The position numbers were made by a program, and so were the translations under genes. The notes below the pieces were generated by a model, which did not search any database, was not told where the DNA came from, and saw only the letters and a list, made by a program, of their open reading frames with translations. Shown piece by piece: positions 34,909 to 44,700 of a stretch of DNA of 64,000 bases. Source of the stretch: Lachnospiraceae bacterium (GTDB lineage: Bacteria; Bacillota; Clostridia; Lachnospirales; Lachnospiraceae); the NCBI GenBank assembly GCA_022793195.1, contig JAAWCJ010000023.1, forward strand, positions 38,812 through 102,811. The letters run 5' to 3'. Position 1 is the first letter of the stretch, and every line of letters starts with the position of its first letter.

Positions 34909-37197
34909 ATGGTTAAATTATGGAAAGGCGGCGCTTACCTGATTAATGGTACGGAGCTGATTGAGGACGGCGGGGACTGTGCGGAGAAGCTTAAGGCCAG
35001 GCTCGGTGTCTGCCCGGACAAAGAAGAGGCGGTTAAAAATACCATGGCATATGGGATTTTGGCGGCTCATAATACGTCCGGGAATATGGATAAACTGAAA
35101 ATTAAATTTGACAAACTGACTTCCCACGATATTACTTTTGTGGGGATTATTCAAACGGCCAGGGCCAGCGGGCTGGAGCGTTTTCCGATTCCCTATGTGT
35201 TGACAAACTGCCACAACAGCCTGTGTGCAGTGGGTGGCACCATCAATGAGGATGACCACATGTTTGGCCTTACATGTGCGCAGAAATACGGCGGCGTATA
35301 TGTGCCGCCCCATCAGGCAGTGATTCATCAGTATGCCAGGGAAATGCTGGCAGGGTGTGGAAAAATGATTTTAGGTTCCGACAGCCATACCCGTTATGGC
35401 GCCCTCGGTACGATGGCAGTGGGGGAAGGCGGCCCGGAGCTGGTTAAACAGCTTTTGAACAAGACTTATGACATCAATATGCCTGGCGTGGTGGGGATTT
35501 ACCTCACAGGAAAGCCGGAGAAAGGGGTTGGCCCCCAGGATGTGGCTTTGGCCATCATCGGCGCGGTGTTTGAATGTGGTTATGTAAATAATAAAGTAAT
35601 GGAATTTGTGGGACCCGGCGTCAAAAATTTAAGCGCGGATTTCAGGATTGGCGTGGATGTGATGACGACGGAGACCACCTGCCTTTCTTCCATTTGGACA
35701 ACGGATGAGAAAATACAGGAATTTTATGAAATTCATGGACGTTCGGAAGAATATAAGGAACTGAATCCCGGCGCGGTGGCTTATTATGACGGAATCGTGG
35801 AAGTGGATCTTGGCGCGGTGAAGCCCATGATCGCCATGCCTTTCCATCCCAGCAATACTTATACCATTGAAGAAGTCAACAGCAACCTAAGCGATGTACT
35901 GGCAGATGTGGAGAAACGGGCGAAGGTAAGCCTGGGCGGCGCCGTAGCTTTCTCTCTGGCAGACAAAGTACGGGATGGAAAGCTTTATGTGGAACAGGGG
36001 ATTATCGCCGGATGCGCAGGCGGCGGTTTTGAAAATATTTGTGATGCGGCCGATATTCTTGATGGGGCCAGCATTGGAAACGGGGCATTTACTTTGAGCG
36101 TATACCCTGCCAGTATGCCCGTTTATATGGAGCTGATTAAGAACGGCGCGGCGGCGAAGCTCCTTAAGACGGGGGCGGTTATGAAAACAGCTTTCTGCGG
36201 GCCTTGTTTTGGCGCAGGGGATACGCCTGCCAATAATGCATTCAGTATCCGTCATTCCACCCGGAATTTCCCCAACAGGGAAGGCTCCAAGCTTCAGAGT
36301 GGGCAGATCGCTTCCGTGGCGCTTATGGACGCCCGTTCCATTGCAGCCACAGCGGCCAATAAGGGGCGCCTGACTCCGGCCACGGAGATGGATGTGAATT
36401 ATACAAAGCCGAAATATTATTTTGATAAAACCATTTACGAGAACAGGGTGTTTGACAGCAAGGGCCAGGCGGATGCTTCCGTAGAGATTCATTTCGGTCC
36501 CAATATCAAGGACTGGCCGTCCATGTCGGCGCTGACGGACAACCTGCTTCTTAAGGTGGTGTCGGAGATTCACGATCCGGTGACAACTACAGATGAGCTG
36601 ATTCCTTCCGGAGAAACATCTTCTTACCGTTCCAATCCGCTGGGACTGGCGGAGTTTACCCTTTCCAGGAAGGATCCGGCTTATGTGGGACGGGCCAAGG
36701 AGGTACAGGCGGCGGAAGAGGCCAGAAGAAACGGAAAGGCCCCTTGTGCAGCGCTTCCCGAAATCCATGAGGCCATGGAGGCAGTGCGGACAAAGTACGG
36801 GGATGCAAGCGGGGAGAACACCGGAATCGGCAGTACGATTTTTGCCGTGAAGCCGGGGGATGGTTCCGCCAGGGAGCAGGCGGCCTCCTGCCAGAAAGTA
36901 CTGGGCGGCTGGGCTAATATTGCCAATGGCTATGCCACAAAACGTTATCGTTCCAATTTGATCAACTGGGGAATGTTGCCGTTTTTAGTGGATGCAGGAG
37001 AGCTTCCCTTTAAAAATGGAGACTGGATTTTCATTCCGGGAATTAAAGAGGCTGTGAAACAGAAAAAGACAGAGATTCCGGCCTATGTGGCAGGCGACGG
37101 CATGAGGGAATTTGTGCTGAAGCTGGGAGAACTGACTGACGATGAACGGCAGATTATCCTGGATGGGTGTCTGATCAATTACTACAGGGAATCTTAA
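34909..37197 (+). CDS. aconitase-family [4Fe-4S] hydro-lyase (aconitate hydratase-like)
   Basis: 762 aa. The motifs GSDSHT, CGPCFG and [11 protein letters not shown] correspond to the aconitase cluster-ligand and substrate motifs. Confidence 0.75.
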   Translation: MVKLWKGGAYLINGTELIEDGGDCAEKLKARLGVCPDKEEAVKNTMAYGILAAHNTSGNMDKLKIKFDKLTSHDITFVGIIQTARASGLERFPIPYVLTNCHNSLCAVGGTINEDDHMFGLTCAQKYGGVYVPPHQAVIHQYAREMLAGCGKMILGSDSHTRYGALGTMAVGEGGPELVKQLLNKTYDINMPGVVGIYLTGKPEKGVGPQDVALAIIGAVFECGYVNNKVMEFVGPGVKNLSADFRIGVDVMTTETTCLSSIWTTDEKIQEFYEIHGRSEEYKELNPGAVAYYDGIVEVDLGAVKPMIAMPFHPSNTYTIEEVNSNLSDVLADVEKRAKVSLGGAVAFSLADKVRDGKLYVEQGIIAGCAGGGFENICDAADILDGASIGNGAFTLSVYPASMPVYMELIKNGAAAKLLKTGAVMKTAFCGPCFGAGDTPANNAFSIRHSTRNFPNREGSKLQSGQIASVALMDARSIAATAANKGRLTPATEMDVNYTKPKYYFDKTIYENRVFDSKGQADASVEIHFGPNIKDWPSMSALTDNLLLKVVSEIHDPVTTTDELIPSGETSSYRSNPLGLAEFTLSRKDPAYVGRAKEVQAAEEARRNGKAPCAALPEIHEAMEAVRTKYGDASGENTGIGSTIFAVKPGDGSAREQAASCQKVLGGWANIANGYATKRYRSNLINWGMLPFLVDAGELPFKNGDWIFIPGIKEAVKQKKTEIPAYVAGDGMREFVLKLGELTDDERQIILDGCLINYYRES

Positions 37198-37210
37198 AAA
37201 TTCAGATGTA

Positions 37211-37238
37211 AACCCCCGGCTTTCTGCCGGGGGTTTTC
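37211..37238. terminator. bidirectional intrinsic terminator
   Basis: AACCCCCGGC-TTTCT-GCCGGGGGTT followed by TTT, between convergent genes. Confidence 0.8.
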
Positions 37239-37247
37239 GTCTGGATT

Positions 37248-37661
37248 TTAAAGGAAATCGTCGATATCGATGCGTCCGTCGCCGTTGCGGTCCATCATTC
37301 CGCTTCCGGTGGAAAAGATCTCCCGCCCGGCAACGCCTTTGCGGGTCCGCTCTTCTTCGATCAGATTGCTGAGCATTTCCTTGACGGCCCTGCTGTGTTT
37401 GATGTTTTTAAGGGTTAAAACAGGGTCGGAGGAATCTGTGGTCCGCAGCGTAATGGTGCCGGTGCCAAAAAGGCGGTTTCCGAGAGTCCGCGTCAGGGAA
37501 ATATCCAGAATCCGGTACAAAAGGCACTCATGTTCATCCTGCCTGAGAAGGCCGTGACGGCAGTACAGGCGGTTGTTGGCGATATAGTACCGGTCAAAGG
37601 AAAAAGGAAACCACATCACATGTCTTCTGTCCTTCCAAAGTTCATCTTGTTGTTTTTTCAT
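37248..37661 (-). CDS. bacterial PH (bPH_2/YdbS-like) domain protein with C-terminal EF-hand-type Ca-binding loop
   Basis: The sequence FSFDRYYIANNRLYCRHGLLRQDEHECLLYRILDISLTRTLGNRLFGTGTITL is typical of bPH_2. The C-terminal DRNGDGRIDIDDF fits the canonical 12-residue EF-hand loop pattern. Confidence 0.65.
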   Translation of the reverse strand: MKKQQDELWKDRRHVMWFPFSFDRYYIANNRLYCRHGLLRQDEHECLLYRILDISLTRTLGNRLFGTGTITLRTTDSSDPVLTLKNIKHSRAVKEMLSNLIEEERTRKGVAGREIFSTGSGMMDRNGDGRIDIDDFL

Positions 37662-37711
37662 AACGAGCTCCTTTCATTTTATAGCTAACAGTTGCGGAAA
37701 ATTGAAATTTT

Positions 37712-37921
37712 TTTAAACTTGAATTATTATTCTTTGAGCGGAAGAAGGGGGACTTTTTCATGGACAAAACTATTAAAAAGCGCCGGTACTTAGAATTCTG
37801 GAACGAAAAGTGAACAGAATTCTTTAGTACCGCTGCAGCTTTTTCTAAGCGGAAGCGTGTTTTGGAATGAAAAAGTCCCCCTTCTTCCGCTATTTAAGAA
37901 CATAAAAATTCAAGTTTTTAA
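37712..37921. repeat. nested palindromic element (copy D-type; not obviously homologous to A/B/C)
   Basis: Perfect 25-bp arms AGCGGAAGAAGGGGGACTTTTTCAT (37737-37761) and ATGAAAAAGTCCCCCTTCTTCCGCT (37867-37891). Outer arms are AAACTTGAATT/AATTCAAGTTT. The inner inverted repeat is GGTACTTAGAATTCTG/CAGAATTCTTTAGTACC. Confidence 0.85.
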
Positions 37922-39693
37922 AGATCTTTTTGGCTTTCAATCCATTTATCCATATAAGATTCAATGGTGGGGAAGGCGCAGGGCCCCATATCAAGAAGGA
38001 ATTTATGGAATTCTTTCAGGTTGAATTTTTCTTCCAGCTGGTCTTCGGCTTTTTCGCGGAGCAGCAAAAACTCCAGATAGCCTCCGTAATATTTCAGGTA
38101 ATAGGCCGGTTCGCTGACGATCAGGTCGTAAAGCTCCTGGACGGATTCCTCCCCAAGGTCGCCAAAGTAAGAGAACAACAGCCCCCGGACTTCTTCCGGA
38201 GTATAGCCCTCATAGTGGATTTTCAGATCTATAAGGGCATGAACCGCTATGGAAATAGAAGAATTCAGCCGGTGGAGCCGGGCGATATTTTCCGACTGGG
38301 TTGTCAGCTTGTCATTCATGGCATAGGATTCATGTTCCACATAAAGGCCCCAGCCTTCGGAATACCCCAGATAAGAGAGAAGGCTTCGGAGGGGGTTGGA
38401 AAATGTGGCGTGGGCATAAACCATCTGATAAAGGTGGCCGGGATAGCCTTCGTGGGCTAGTGTGGAAAACAGGGAGCTTTCGTCAGTCTGGCTGTTGTTG
38501 ATATAGATGGTATTCTCCTCCGGGAGGTCAAAAGGCGGCGTCATGTAAAGGGCCGGGCTGGTGCTGGCCTCCATATATTTGGGGACGTATTTAATCTGGT
38601 AAGAGGCGTTGACAGGAAGCTCCGGATAATCTTCCTTCATGGCTTCCGCCAGATATTCCAGGATTTCTTCGGGCGTCCGGTCTTCCGGGATGGAACCGTC
38701 AAAGCTTTCGATTAGCTCCGGGGAAGCGCTCATGATCATCATCATTTCTGTAAGGTCTTTTTGAATCTGGTCTTCCACCAGGGCAAGCATTTCCTCCGGC
38801 GTGTGTCCGGAACCTACCATGCTTTTTAACAAATAGGCGTAATAGTCGTTGCCGCCGTCAGTATGGCAAAGCCCCTGGACATTGGTTCCTGTTCCGCGGA
38901 CTTCCTGGAGGCAGCGGCCGATTTTTTTGTAAGAAGGGATAATCTGCTCTTTCAGGATTGTCTGGTTTTGTTGGATATACTCAGCTTTTTTGGAATCGGA
39001 AAGGTCAGAAAGCCCTGCCAGGCGTTCTTCAAAAGAAGTAAGGAAAATATTATTTTCCCCCGAATTTAAAAATTCCTGGACGCTTTCAAAAACATCGTCA
39101 ATGGTGCTGTCCGGCATGGCGTAACCCATTTTGGAACGGGCTTTTTCAAGGGCGATCAAAGAATCGACGTAGTCAGGGATGAGGGTTAAAAGTTCCAGAT
39201 AATCCTGCACATCCCGCTCCCGCCGGAAAGAATATTCTGCCAGGGTAATGGAAAGGTTGGACTGGAATCCCATAATGGGAGAAAAAGGTTCATAAAAATA
39301 GTAGAAATCGTCTCCCTCCAGGGAGGTGTTCAGGTATTCTTCCAGTACATCATAGGTGAGTTTGTCGTCGGAAGGGAGAAGTTTATAATCTATGGATTCT
39401 AGTTCATCTAAAACTTCGCGGATCTGATCATAGTCTTCCTCTTCGGAGCTGGGGCTTACAGTCGGGAAGGCGACTTCATAGTCGGTAATCCCGTAATTTT
39501 CAGGATAGGCCAGAGTATAATGCAGGTTGATGGTGTTTGAAAGGAGCTCTGAACGGAATAAGTCTTCTGAAAATTCTGTAAACCGTTTGTGTTCAGCTTC
39601 TTTATCCTGTGGAGACTGGCCGGTGCCGCAGCTGCAGGTGAATAAAACGACAGCCATAAGAAGGGCCAACAGGCGCGTGATTCGTTTTTTCAT
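37918..39693 (-). CDS. DUF885-family lipoprotein
   Basis: Lipobox LFTCSCG, plus HEGYPGHLYQ and the surrounding sequence typical of DUF885. Confidence 0.7.
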   Translation of the reverse strand: MKKRITRLLALLMAVVLFTCSCGTGQSPQDKEAEHKRFTEFSEDLFRSELLSNTINLHYTLAYPENYGITDYEVAFPTVSPSSEEEDYDQIREVLDELESIDYKLLPSDDKLTYDVLEEYLNTSLEGDDFYYFYEPFSPIMGFQSNLSITLAEYSFRRERDVQDYLELLTLIPDYVDSLIALEKARSKMGYAMPDSTIDDVFESVQEFLNSGENNIFLTSFEERLAGLSDLSDSKKAEYIQQNQTILKEQIIPSYKKIGRCLQEVRGTGTNVQGLCHTDGGNDYYAYLLKSMVGSGHTPEEMLALVEDQIQKDLTEMMMIMSASPELIESFDGSIPEDRTPEEILEYLAEAMKEDYPELPVNASYQIKYVPKYMEASTSPALYMTPPFDLPEENTIYINNSQTDESSLFSTLAHEGYPGHLYQMVYAHATFSNPLRSLLSYLGYSEGWGLYVEHESYAMNDKLTTQSENIARLHRLNSSISIAVHALIDLKIHYEGYTPEEVRGLLFSYFGDLGEESVQELYDLIVSEPAYYLKYYGGYLEFLLLREKAEDQLEEKFNLKEFHKFLLDMGPCAFPTIESYMDKWIESQKDL

Positions 39694-39902
39694 AATTTCC
39701 TCCGGGTTGTTTTTGGTTTCTATAAACCATATTCATCTGTAATACAGAATAGTCGTCCAAATTCATTATAGACGATGGAAGGTTCCTGTACAAGGAAAAA
39801 ATTCTCACACAAACGATACATTCTGTAGTATAATGAAAAGCAAATTGATTTCAGGGAAAAATCCCAAATAGAAGATTCATTATGTTATGGAGGAATATTT
39901 AT

Positions 39903-41858
39903 ATGGCAAAGAAACCTTATTATATGACGACGGCGATTGCATACACATCCGGCAAGCCCCATATTGGAAACACTTATGAGATTGTCCTGGCGGACAGTAT
40001 CGCCCGCTACAGGAGAGAGCAGGGATATGATGTTTTTTTTCAGACAGGGACGGACGAGCATGGGCAGAAAATCGAACTGAAAGCCCAGGAGGCGAAAGTG
40101 ACGCCCAAGGAATTTGTGGATAGTGTGGCGGGGGAGATCAGGAGGATATGGGATTTGATGGATACCTCCTACGACAAATTTATCCGCACCACCGACGCAG
40201 ACCATGAGGCCCAGGTGCAGAAGATTTTTAAGAAGCTGTATGACCAGGGAGATATTTATAAAGGATATTATGAGGGGCTTTACTGTACGCCGTGCGAATC
40301 CTTTTTCACAGAATCCCAGCTGGTGGACGGGAAATGTCCCGACTGCGGACGTGAGGTACAGCCGGCAAAGGAGGAAGCATATTTCTTTAAGATGAGTAAA
40401 TATGCCCCGAAGCTGATTGAGCATATCAATGCCCATCCCGAATTCATCCAGCCGGTATCCAGGAAGAATGAGATGATGAACAATTTCCTGCTTCCGGGCC
40501 TACAGGATTTATGCGTGTCCAGGACTTCTTTTAAATGGGGGATTCCCGTGGATTTTGACCCGAAGCATGTGATTTATGTGTGGCTGGACGCCCTGACAAA
40601 TTACATTACCGGAATTGGGTACGACTGTGGCGGTGAGGGCAGCGAACAGTTTAAGAAGCTGTGGCCTGCGGATCTTCACTTGATTGGAAAAGATATTATC
40701 CGCTTCCATACGATTTACTGGCCAATTTTCCTGATGGCTCTTGGTATTCCGCTGCCGAAGCAAATATTTGGTCATCCCTGGCTTTTGCAGGGGGACGGCA
40801 AAATGAGCAAGTCCAAAGGAAATGTACTTTATGCCGATGATCTGGTGGAATATTTTGGCGTGGATGCGGTTCGTTATTTTGTACTTCATGAAATGCCGTT
40901 TGACAACGATGGCGTGATCTCCTGGGAGCTTTTAGTGGAGCGGCTTAATTCTGACTTGGCCAATACGCTGGGCAACCTGGTGAACAGGACTATTTCCATG
41001 TCAAATAAATATTTTGGCGGAGTGGTGGAAAACACAGGCGTGACGGAGCCGGTGGATGAGGACCTTAAAAATGCGGCCATGGAGGCGGTTAGGAAAGTCA
41101 ATGCCAAGATGGACGAATTGCGGGTGGCCGACGCCATCAGTGAGATTTTTGTGCTCTTTAAGCGGTGTAATAAATACATTGATGAAACAATGCCCTGGGT
41201 ATTGGCGAAGGAGGAGGCGACGAAGCCGCGTCTGGCGACAGTGCTCTATAATCTGGTGGAGGGGATCTGTATCGGCGCCAGTCTGCTGGAATCCTTTATG
41301 CCTTCCACATCGAAGAAGACTCTGTCCCAGGTGAACGGGAAAAAGAGGAGTCTTGACGAGATGAAGGAGTTCGGCCTTTACCCTTCGGGGAATAAGGTGA
41401 CGGAAAAACCGGAAATCCTGTTTGCGCGCCTGGACATCAACGAAGTTTTAAAGGATGTGGAAAAGAAGTTCGGAAAGCCGGAGGAAGAAAAGGCGGAGAC
41501 GGAGGAGGCCGGAATCTGCGTGGAGGCGAAGCCGGAAGTGACCATTGAGGATTTTGGAAAACTGCAGTTTCAGGTGGGAGAAGTGATCGCCTGCGAGGCG
41601 GTAAAGAAATCCAAGAAGCTTCTCTGTTTTAAGATCAAAGTGGGAAATCAGGTGCGCCAGATCGTGTCGGGAATCAAGGCCCACTATACACCGGAGGAAG
41701 TGATTGGCAAAAAAGTGATGGTCATCACAAATTTAAAGCCGGCAAAATTGGCAGGGCTTCTTTCGGAAGGTATGCTTTTGTGCGCGGAAGATGCAGACGG
41801 GCATCTGGCCCTGATGACACCGGACAAAGACATGCCCTCCGGCTCTGAGATTTGCTAA
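39903..41858 (+). CDS. metG: methionine--tRNA ligase with C-terminal tRNA-binding (EMAP/Trbp111-like) domain
   Basis: HIGH-type motif (KPHIGN), KMSKS, a Zn knuckle CPDCG, and a C-terminal VGEVIACEAVKKSKKLLCFKIKVG OB-fold. The start was set at the ATG at 39903, after GGAGGA. Confidence 0.92.
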   Translation: MAKKPYYMTTAIAYTSGKPHIGNTYEIVLADSIARYRREQGYDVFFQTGTDEHGQKIELKAQEAKVTPKEFVDSVAGEIRRIWDLMDTSYDKFIRTTDADHEAQVQKIFKKLYDQGDIYKGYYEGLYCTPCESFFTESQLVDGKCPDCGREVQPAKEEAYFFKMSKYAPKLIEHINAHPEFIQPVSRKNEMMNNFLLPGLQDLCVSRTSFKWGIPVDFDPKHVIYVWLDALTNYITGIGYDCGGEGSEQFKKLWPADLHLIGKDIIRFHTIYWPIFLMALGIPLPKQIFGHPWLLQGDGKMSKSKGNVLYADDLVEYFGVDAVRYFVLHEMPFDNDGVISWELLVERLNSDLANTLGNLVNRTISMSNKYFGGVVENTGVTEPVDEDLKNAAMEAVRKVNAKMDELRVADAISEIFVLFKRCNKYIDETMPWVLAKEEATKPRLATVLYNLVEGICIGASLLESFMPSTSKKTLSQVNGKKRSLDEMKEFGLYPSGNKVTEKPEILFARLDINEVLKDVEKKFGKPEEEKAETEEAGICVEAKPEVTIEDFGKLQFQVGEVIACEAVKKSKKLLCFKIKVGNQVRQIVSGIKAHYTPEEVIGKKVMVITNLKPAKLAGLLSEGMLLCAEDADGHLALMTPDKDMPSGSEIC

Positions 41859-41983
41859 TAAAAGTCCCGGCCAGTGGTCATACGGCGGCCGCAGGAGTGT
41901 GGCCGGCCGCGAACTTTGAGGAAATAGACCGGGGAGCAGGGGGAGCGCCCCCGGTTTGTTATAGCATGTAAAGGAGAAGATTT

Positions 41984-42598
41984 ATGGAGATTAAAAAGAT
42001 AACAGACAAAGCGTTTCAGAAATACGGGGCAGTGATCGAAGGCATGGATTTTTCCGAGCTTCTGGAATGGGCAAAGACAACCCCGGCGCCGGATCATGTG
42101 ATTTATGAGCCTTCCATTAAAGAAGCGGAAGCCCTCGGTGCCGCAGAAGACATCTGTCGCCAGGTTTATGGGGAAATGCCCATTCAGATTGGCTACTGCA
42201 ACGGCAAGAACCACAGGAATGATACTCTGGAATACCACAGAGGTGAGGAGTTGGATATCGCTGTGACCGACCTGATTGTGGTGTTGGGAAGCCGCAAGGA
42301 TATGGACAGCCTGACTTCCTTTGACCTGGCCCATGCGGAAGCATTTTTGATACCTGCGGGGACAGGCGTTATGCTTTACAGCGATACCCTTCATTATGCA
42401 CCTTGCAGCGTAGGCGATGATGTGTTCCAGTGTATTATTGTGCTGCCTCAGGGAACCAACTATCCCAGCGAAAAGGAAAATATCCAGAAGACAGATGAAG
42501 ACAAGCTGCTGTGTATGAAAAACAAGTGGGTGATCACCCATCCCGACAGCGGGGAACCCTACTATCCCGGCCTGAAAGGGGATATCATAATGGTATAA
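41984..42598 (+). CDS. DUF4867-like (ureidoglycolate-lyase-fold) protein
   Basis: 204-aa ORF with a strong RBS (AAAGGAGAAG). The sequence composition looks coding, unlike the overlapping 283-aa antisense ORF. The family assignment is from memory only. Confidence 0.5.
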   Translation: MEIKKITDKAFQKYGAVIEGMDFSELLEWAKTTPAPDHVIYEPSIKEAEALGAAEDICRQVYGEMPIQIGYCNGKNHRNDTLEYHRGEELDIAVTDLIVVLGSRKDMDSLTSFDLAHAEAFLIPAGTGVMLYSDTLHYAPCSVGDDVFQCIIVLPQGTNYPSEKENIQKTDEDKLLCMKNKWVITHPDSGEPYYPGLKGDIIMV

Positions 42599-42625
42599 TA
42601 CCTGTGATATATAGAAACTCTTCAG

Positions 42626-42792
42626 GGCAGGGCCTGTCCCATGCGGCGGACACGTCGATTTTGAGGAATTTCCTGCGCCGCCTATTGCCGTCTGCGTCGC
42701 TTCCATTAAACAAGGTCAGCGGCGCAGACGTCTCTATGCTCAGAAATTCCTCAAAATCTTCCTATCGTCCGCAGCATGGGACAGGCCCTGCC
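42626..42792 (+). repeat. hairpin-repeat family, diverged copy C
   Basis: It has the same architecture and conserved loop sequences as copies A and B, with different but still complementary stems. Basal stem: GGCAGGGCCTGTCCC / GGGACAGGCCCTGCC. Confidence 0.75.
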
Positions 42793-42910
42793 TTGAGGAA
42801 TTCTGTATTATCGTAGGCATATACCTTATTGAAACGGCCGAATGGCCACGTGTGCCCTATGGGTATAATGGGGTACCCGAAGGGTATAAGATATCAGAAA
42901 GAGGTATTAT

Positions 42911-43699
42911 ATGATTTTTGACACTCATGCCCATTATGACGACAGGGCATTTGACAGTGACAGAGAAGGGGTTTTGGAGTCTTTAAAAGAAAACGGCATT
43001 GGCCGGGTGGTGAATATCGGCTGCAGTCTGGAGTCCATAGAAAGGACGCTTGAACTGGCCAGGCGGTATTCTTTTGTTTATGGGGCGGCCGGGGTTCATC
43101 CCAGCGATACCGGAGAGCTTACGGAAGAGAACTTTGGAAATATCAGGGAGGCCCTTAAAGAGCCGAAGACTGTAGCGGTGGGAGAGATAGGGCTGGATTA
43201 CCATTGGGATACGCCGGAGCGGCCTGTTCAGCAAAAATGGTTTGAGAGGCAGCTTTTTTTGGCAAAAGAGATGGATATGCCGGTGGTGATACACAGCAGG
43301 GAGGCGGCGCAGGATACGTTTGAGATGGTGAAAAGCGCCGGAGTCAGGGAGTTTAATGCCGTGCTGCACTGTTTTTCCTATGGTGTGGAGCTGGCCAGGG
43401 AATACCTTTCCATGGGGTATTATCTTGGAATTGGCGGCGTGGTTACTTTTTCTAATGGGCGGAAATTGAAGGAAGTGGTCCGTTACATGCCCATGGAGCA
43501 GATGCTTTTGGAGACAGATTGTCCATATCTGGCCCCGGTGCCTTTTAGAGGGAAACGAAATTCTTCCTGTTACCTTCCTTATGTGGTGAAAGCAGTTGCA
43601 GAGCTTAGGGGGATTTCGGAGGAAGAGGTGGAGAGGATTACTTTTGAAAACGCCTGCCGTTTTTACCGGCTTTCGCCGGAAATAAAAGAGAGAGGGTAA
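42911..43699 (+). CDS. tatD: TatD-family metal-dependent hydrolase (DNase)
   Basis: MIFDTHAHYDD..., GEIGLDYHW, VVIHSREA, HCFS and ETDCPYL. Confidence 0.88.
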   Translation: MIFDTHAHYDDRAFDSDREGVLESLKENGIGRVVNIGCSLESIERTLELARRYSFVYGAAGVHPSDTGELTEENFGNIREALKEPKTVAVGEIGLDYHWDTPERPVQQKWFERQLFLAKEMDMPVVIHSREAAQDTFEMVKSAGVREFNAVLHCFSYGVELAREYLSMGYYLGIGGVVTFSNGRKLKEVVRYMPMEQMLLETDCPYLAPVPFRGKRNSSCYLPYVVKAVAELRGISEEEVERITFENACRFYRLSPEIKERG

Positions 43700-43703
43700 A
43701 GCC

Positions 43704-44579
43704 ATGGCAAATCTGGGAAATCCCAAGAATACGGTAGAAGTTATTCAAAAGCATGGATTTATGTTTCAAAAGAAATTTGGACAGAATTTTCTCATTGACA
43801 CCCATGTGCTGGATAAAATTATCCGGGCGGCGGGAATCACAAAGGATGATTTTATTCTGGAGATCGGGCCGGGCATCGGCACCATGACGCAGTATCTGGC
43901 AGAAGCTGCGGGAAAGGTCTGCGCCGTGGAAATCGACAGGAACCTGATTCCGATTCTCGGGGAGACGCTGGCGGATTATGACAATGTTACGATTATAAAT
44001 GAAGATATTCTGAAAGTGGACGTGGCAGGACTGGCAATGGCAGAGAACGGCGGACGCCCTGTTAAAGTAGTGGCGAATTTGCCGTATTATATCACAACTC
44101 CGATTATAATGGGACTTTTTGAGAGCGGGGTGCCTGTGGAAAGTATTACGGTTATGGTGCAAAAAGAGGTGGCTGAGCGGATGAAAAGTGGACCGGGAAG
44201 TAAAGATTATGGCGCGCTTTCTCTGGCAGTCCAATATTATGCGGAAGCTTATCTGGTGGCAAATGTACCTCCCAACTGTTTTATGCCGCGGCCGAAAGTG
44301 GGGTCGGCGGTGATTCGCCTGACCCGTCACAGGGAACCTCCGGTGAAGGTGACAGATGAGAGGCTTTTGTTTCAGGTGATTCGGGCTTCCTTTAACCAGA
44401 GAAGGAAAACCCTGCAAAACGGCCTGGGAAATTCGCCGGAACTTCCTTTTACAAAGGAGACAGTTGCAAAGGCTCTCGAAGATATGGGACTTTCTCCCAT
44501 AGTGAGGGGGGAGGCGCTTAGCCTGGAACAGTTCGCAGAACTTGCGAACCATCTGTGCGGTTTGGCGATGATTCCATAA
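43704..44579 (+). CDS. rsmA: 16S rRNA (adenine1518/1519-N6)-dimethyltransferase
   Basis: KKFGQNFLID, LEIGPGIGTMT, NLPYYITTPI and FMPRPKV. Confidence 0.92.
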   Translation: MANLGNPKNTVEVIQKHGFMFQKKFGQNFLIDTHVLDKIIRAAGITKDDFILEIGPGIGTMTQYLAEAAGKVCAVEIDRNLIPILGETLADYDNVTIINEDILKVDVAGLAMAENGGRPVKVVANLPYYITTPIIMGLFESGVPVESITVMVQKEVAERMKSGPGSKDYGALSLAVQYYAEAYLVANVPPNCFMPRPKVGSAVIRLTRHREPPVKVTDERLLFQVIRASFNQRRKTLQNGLGNSPELPFTKETVAKALEDMGLSPIVRGEALSLEQFAELANHLCGLAMIP

Positions 44580-44700
44580 AACTATAAAGTATGAGAAACT
44601 GTTGCAGTTTCCCGGCGGTGATTATATAATATAGAGAGCGTTTGTCCTGGCGTTTTCCATAAAAGAGGCAGGATAATTATAAAAACCATGGGGAAATGTT

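Noticed and set aside
39694-39902. Possible T-box leader upstream of metG.
   Set aside because: No T-box sequence (AGGGTGGNACCGCG-like), no specifier-loop architecture and no terminator/antiterminator pair were seen. Only a TATAAT-like box around 39826-39831 was found.
41855-42706. 283-aa minus-strand ORF overlapping the DUF4867-like gene.
   Set aside because: The plus-strand ORF has a strong RBS and protein-like composition. The minus ORF extends into repeat C and looks like antisense noise.
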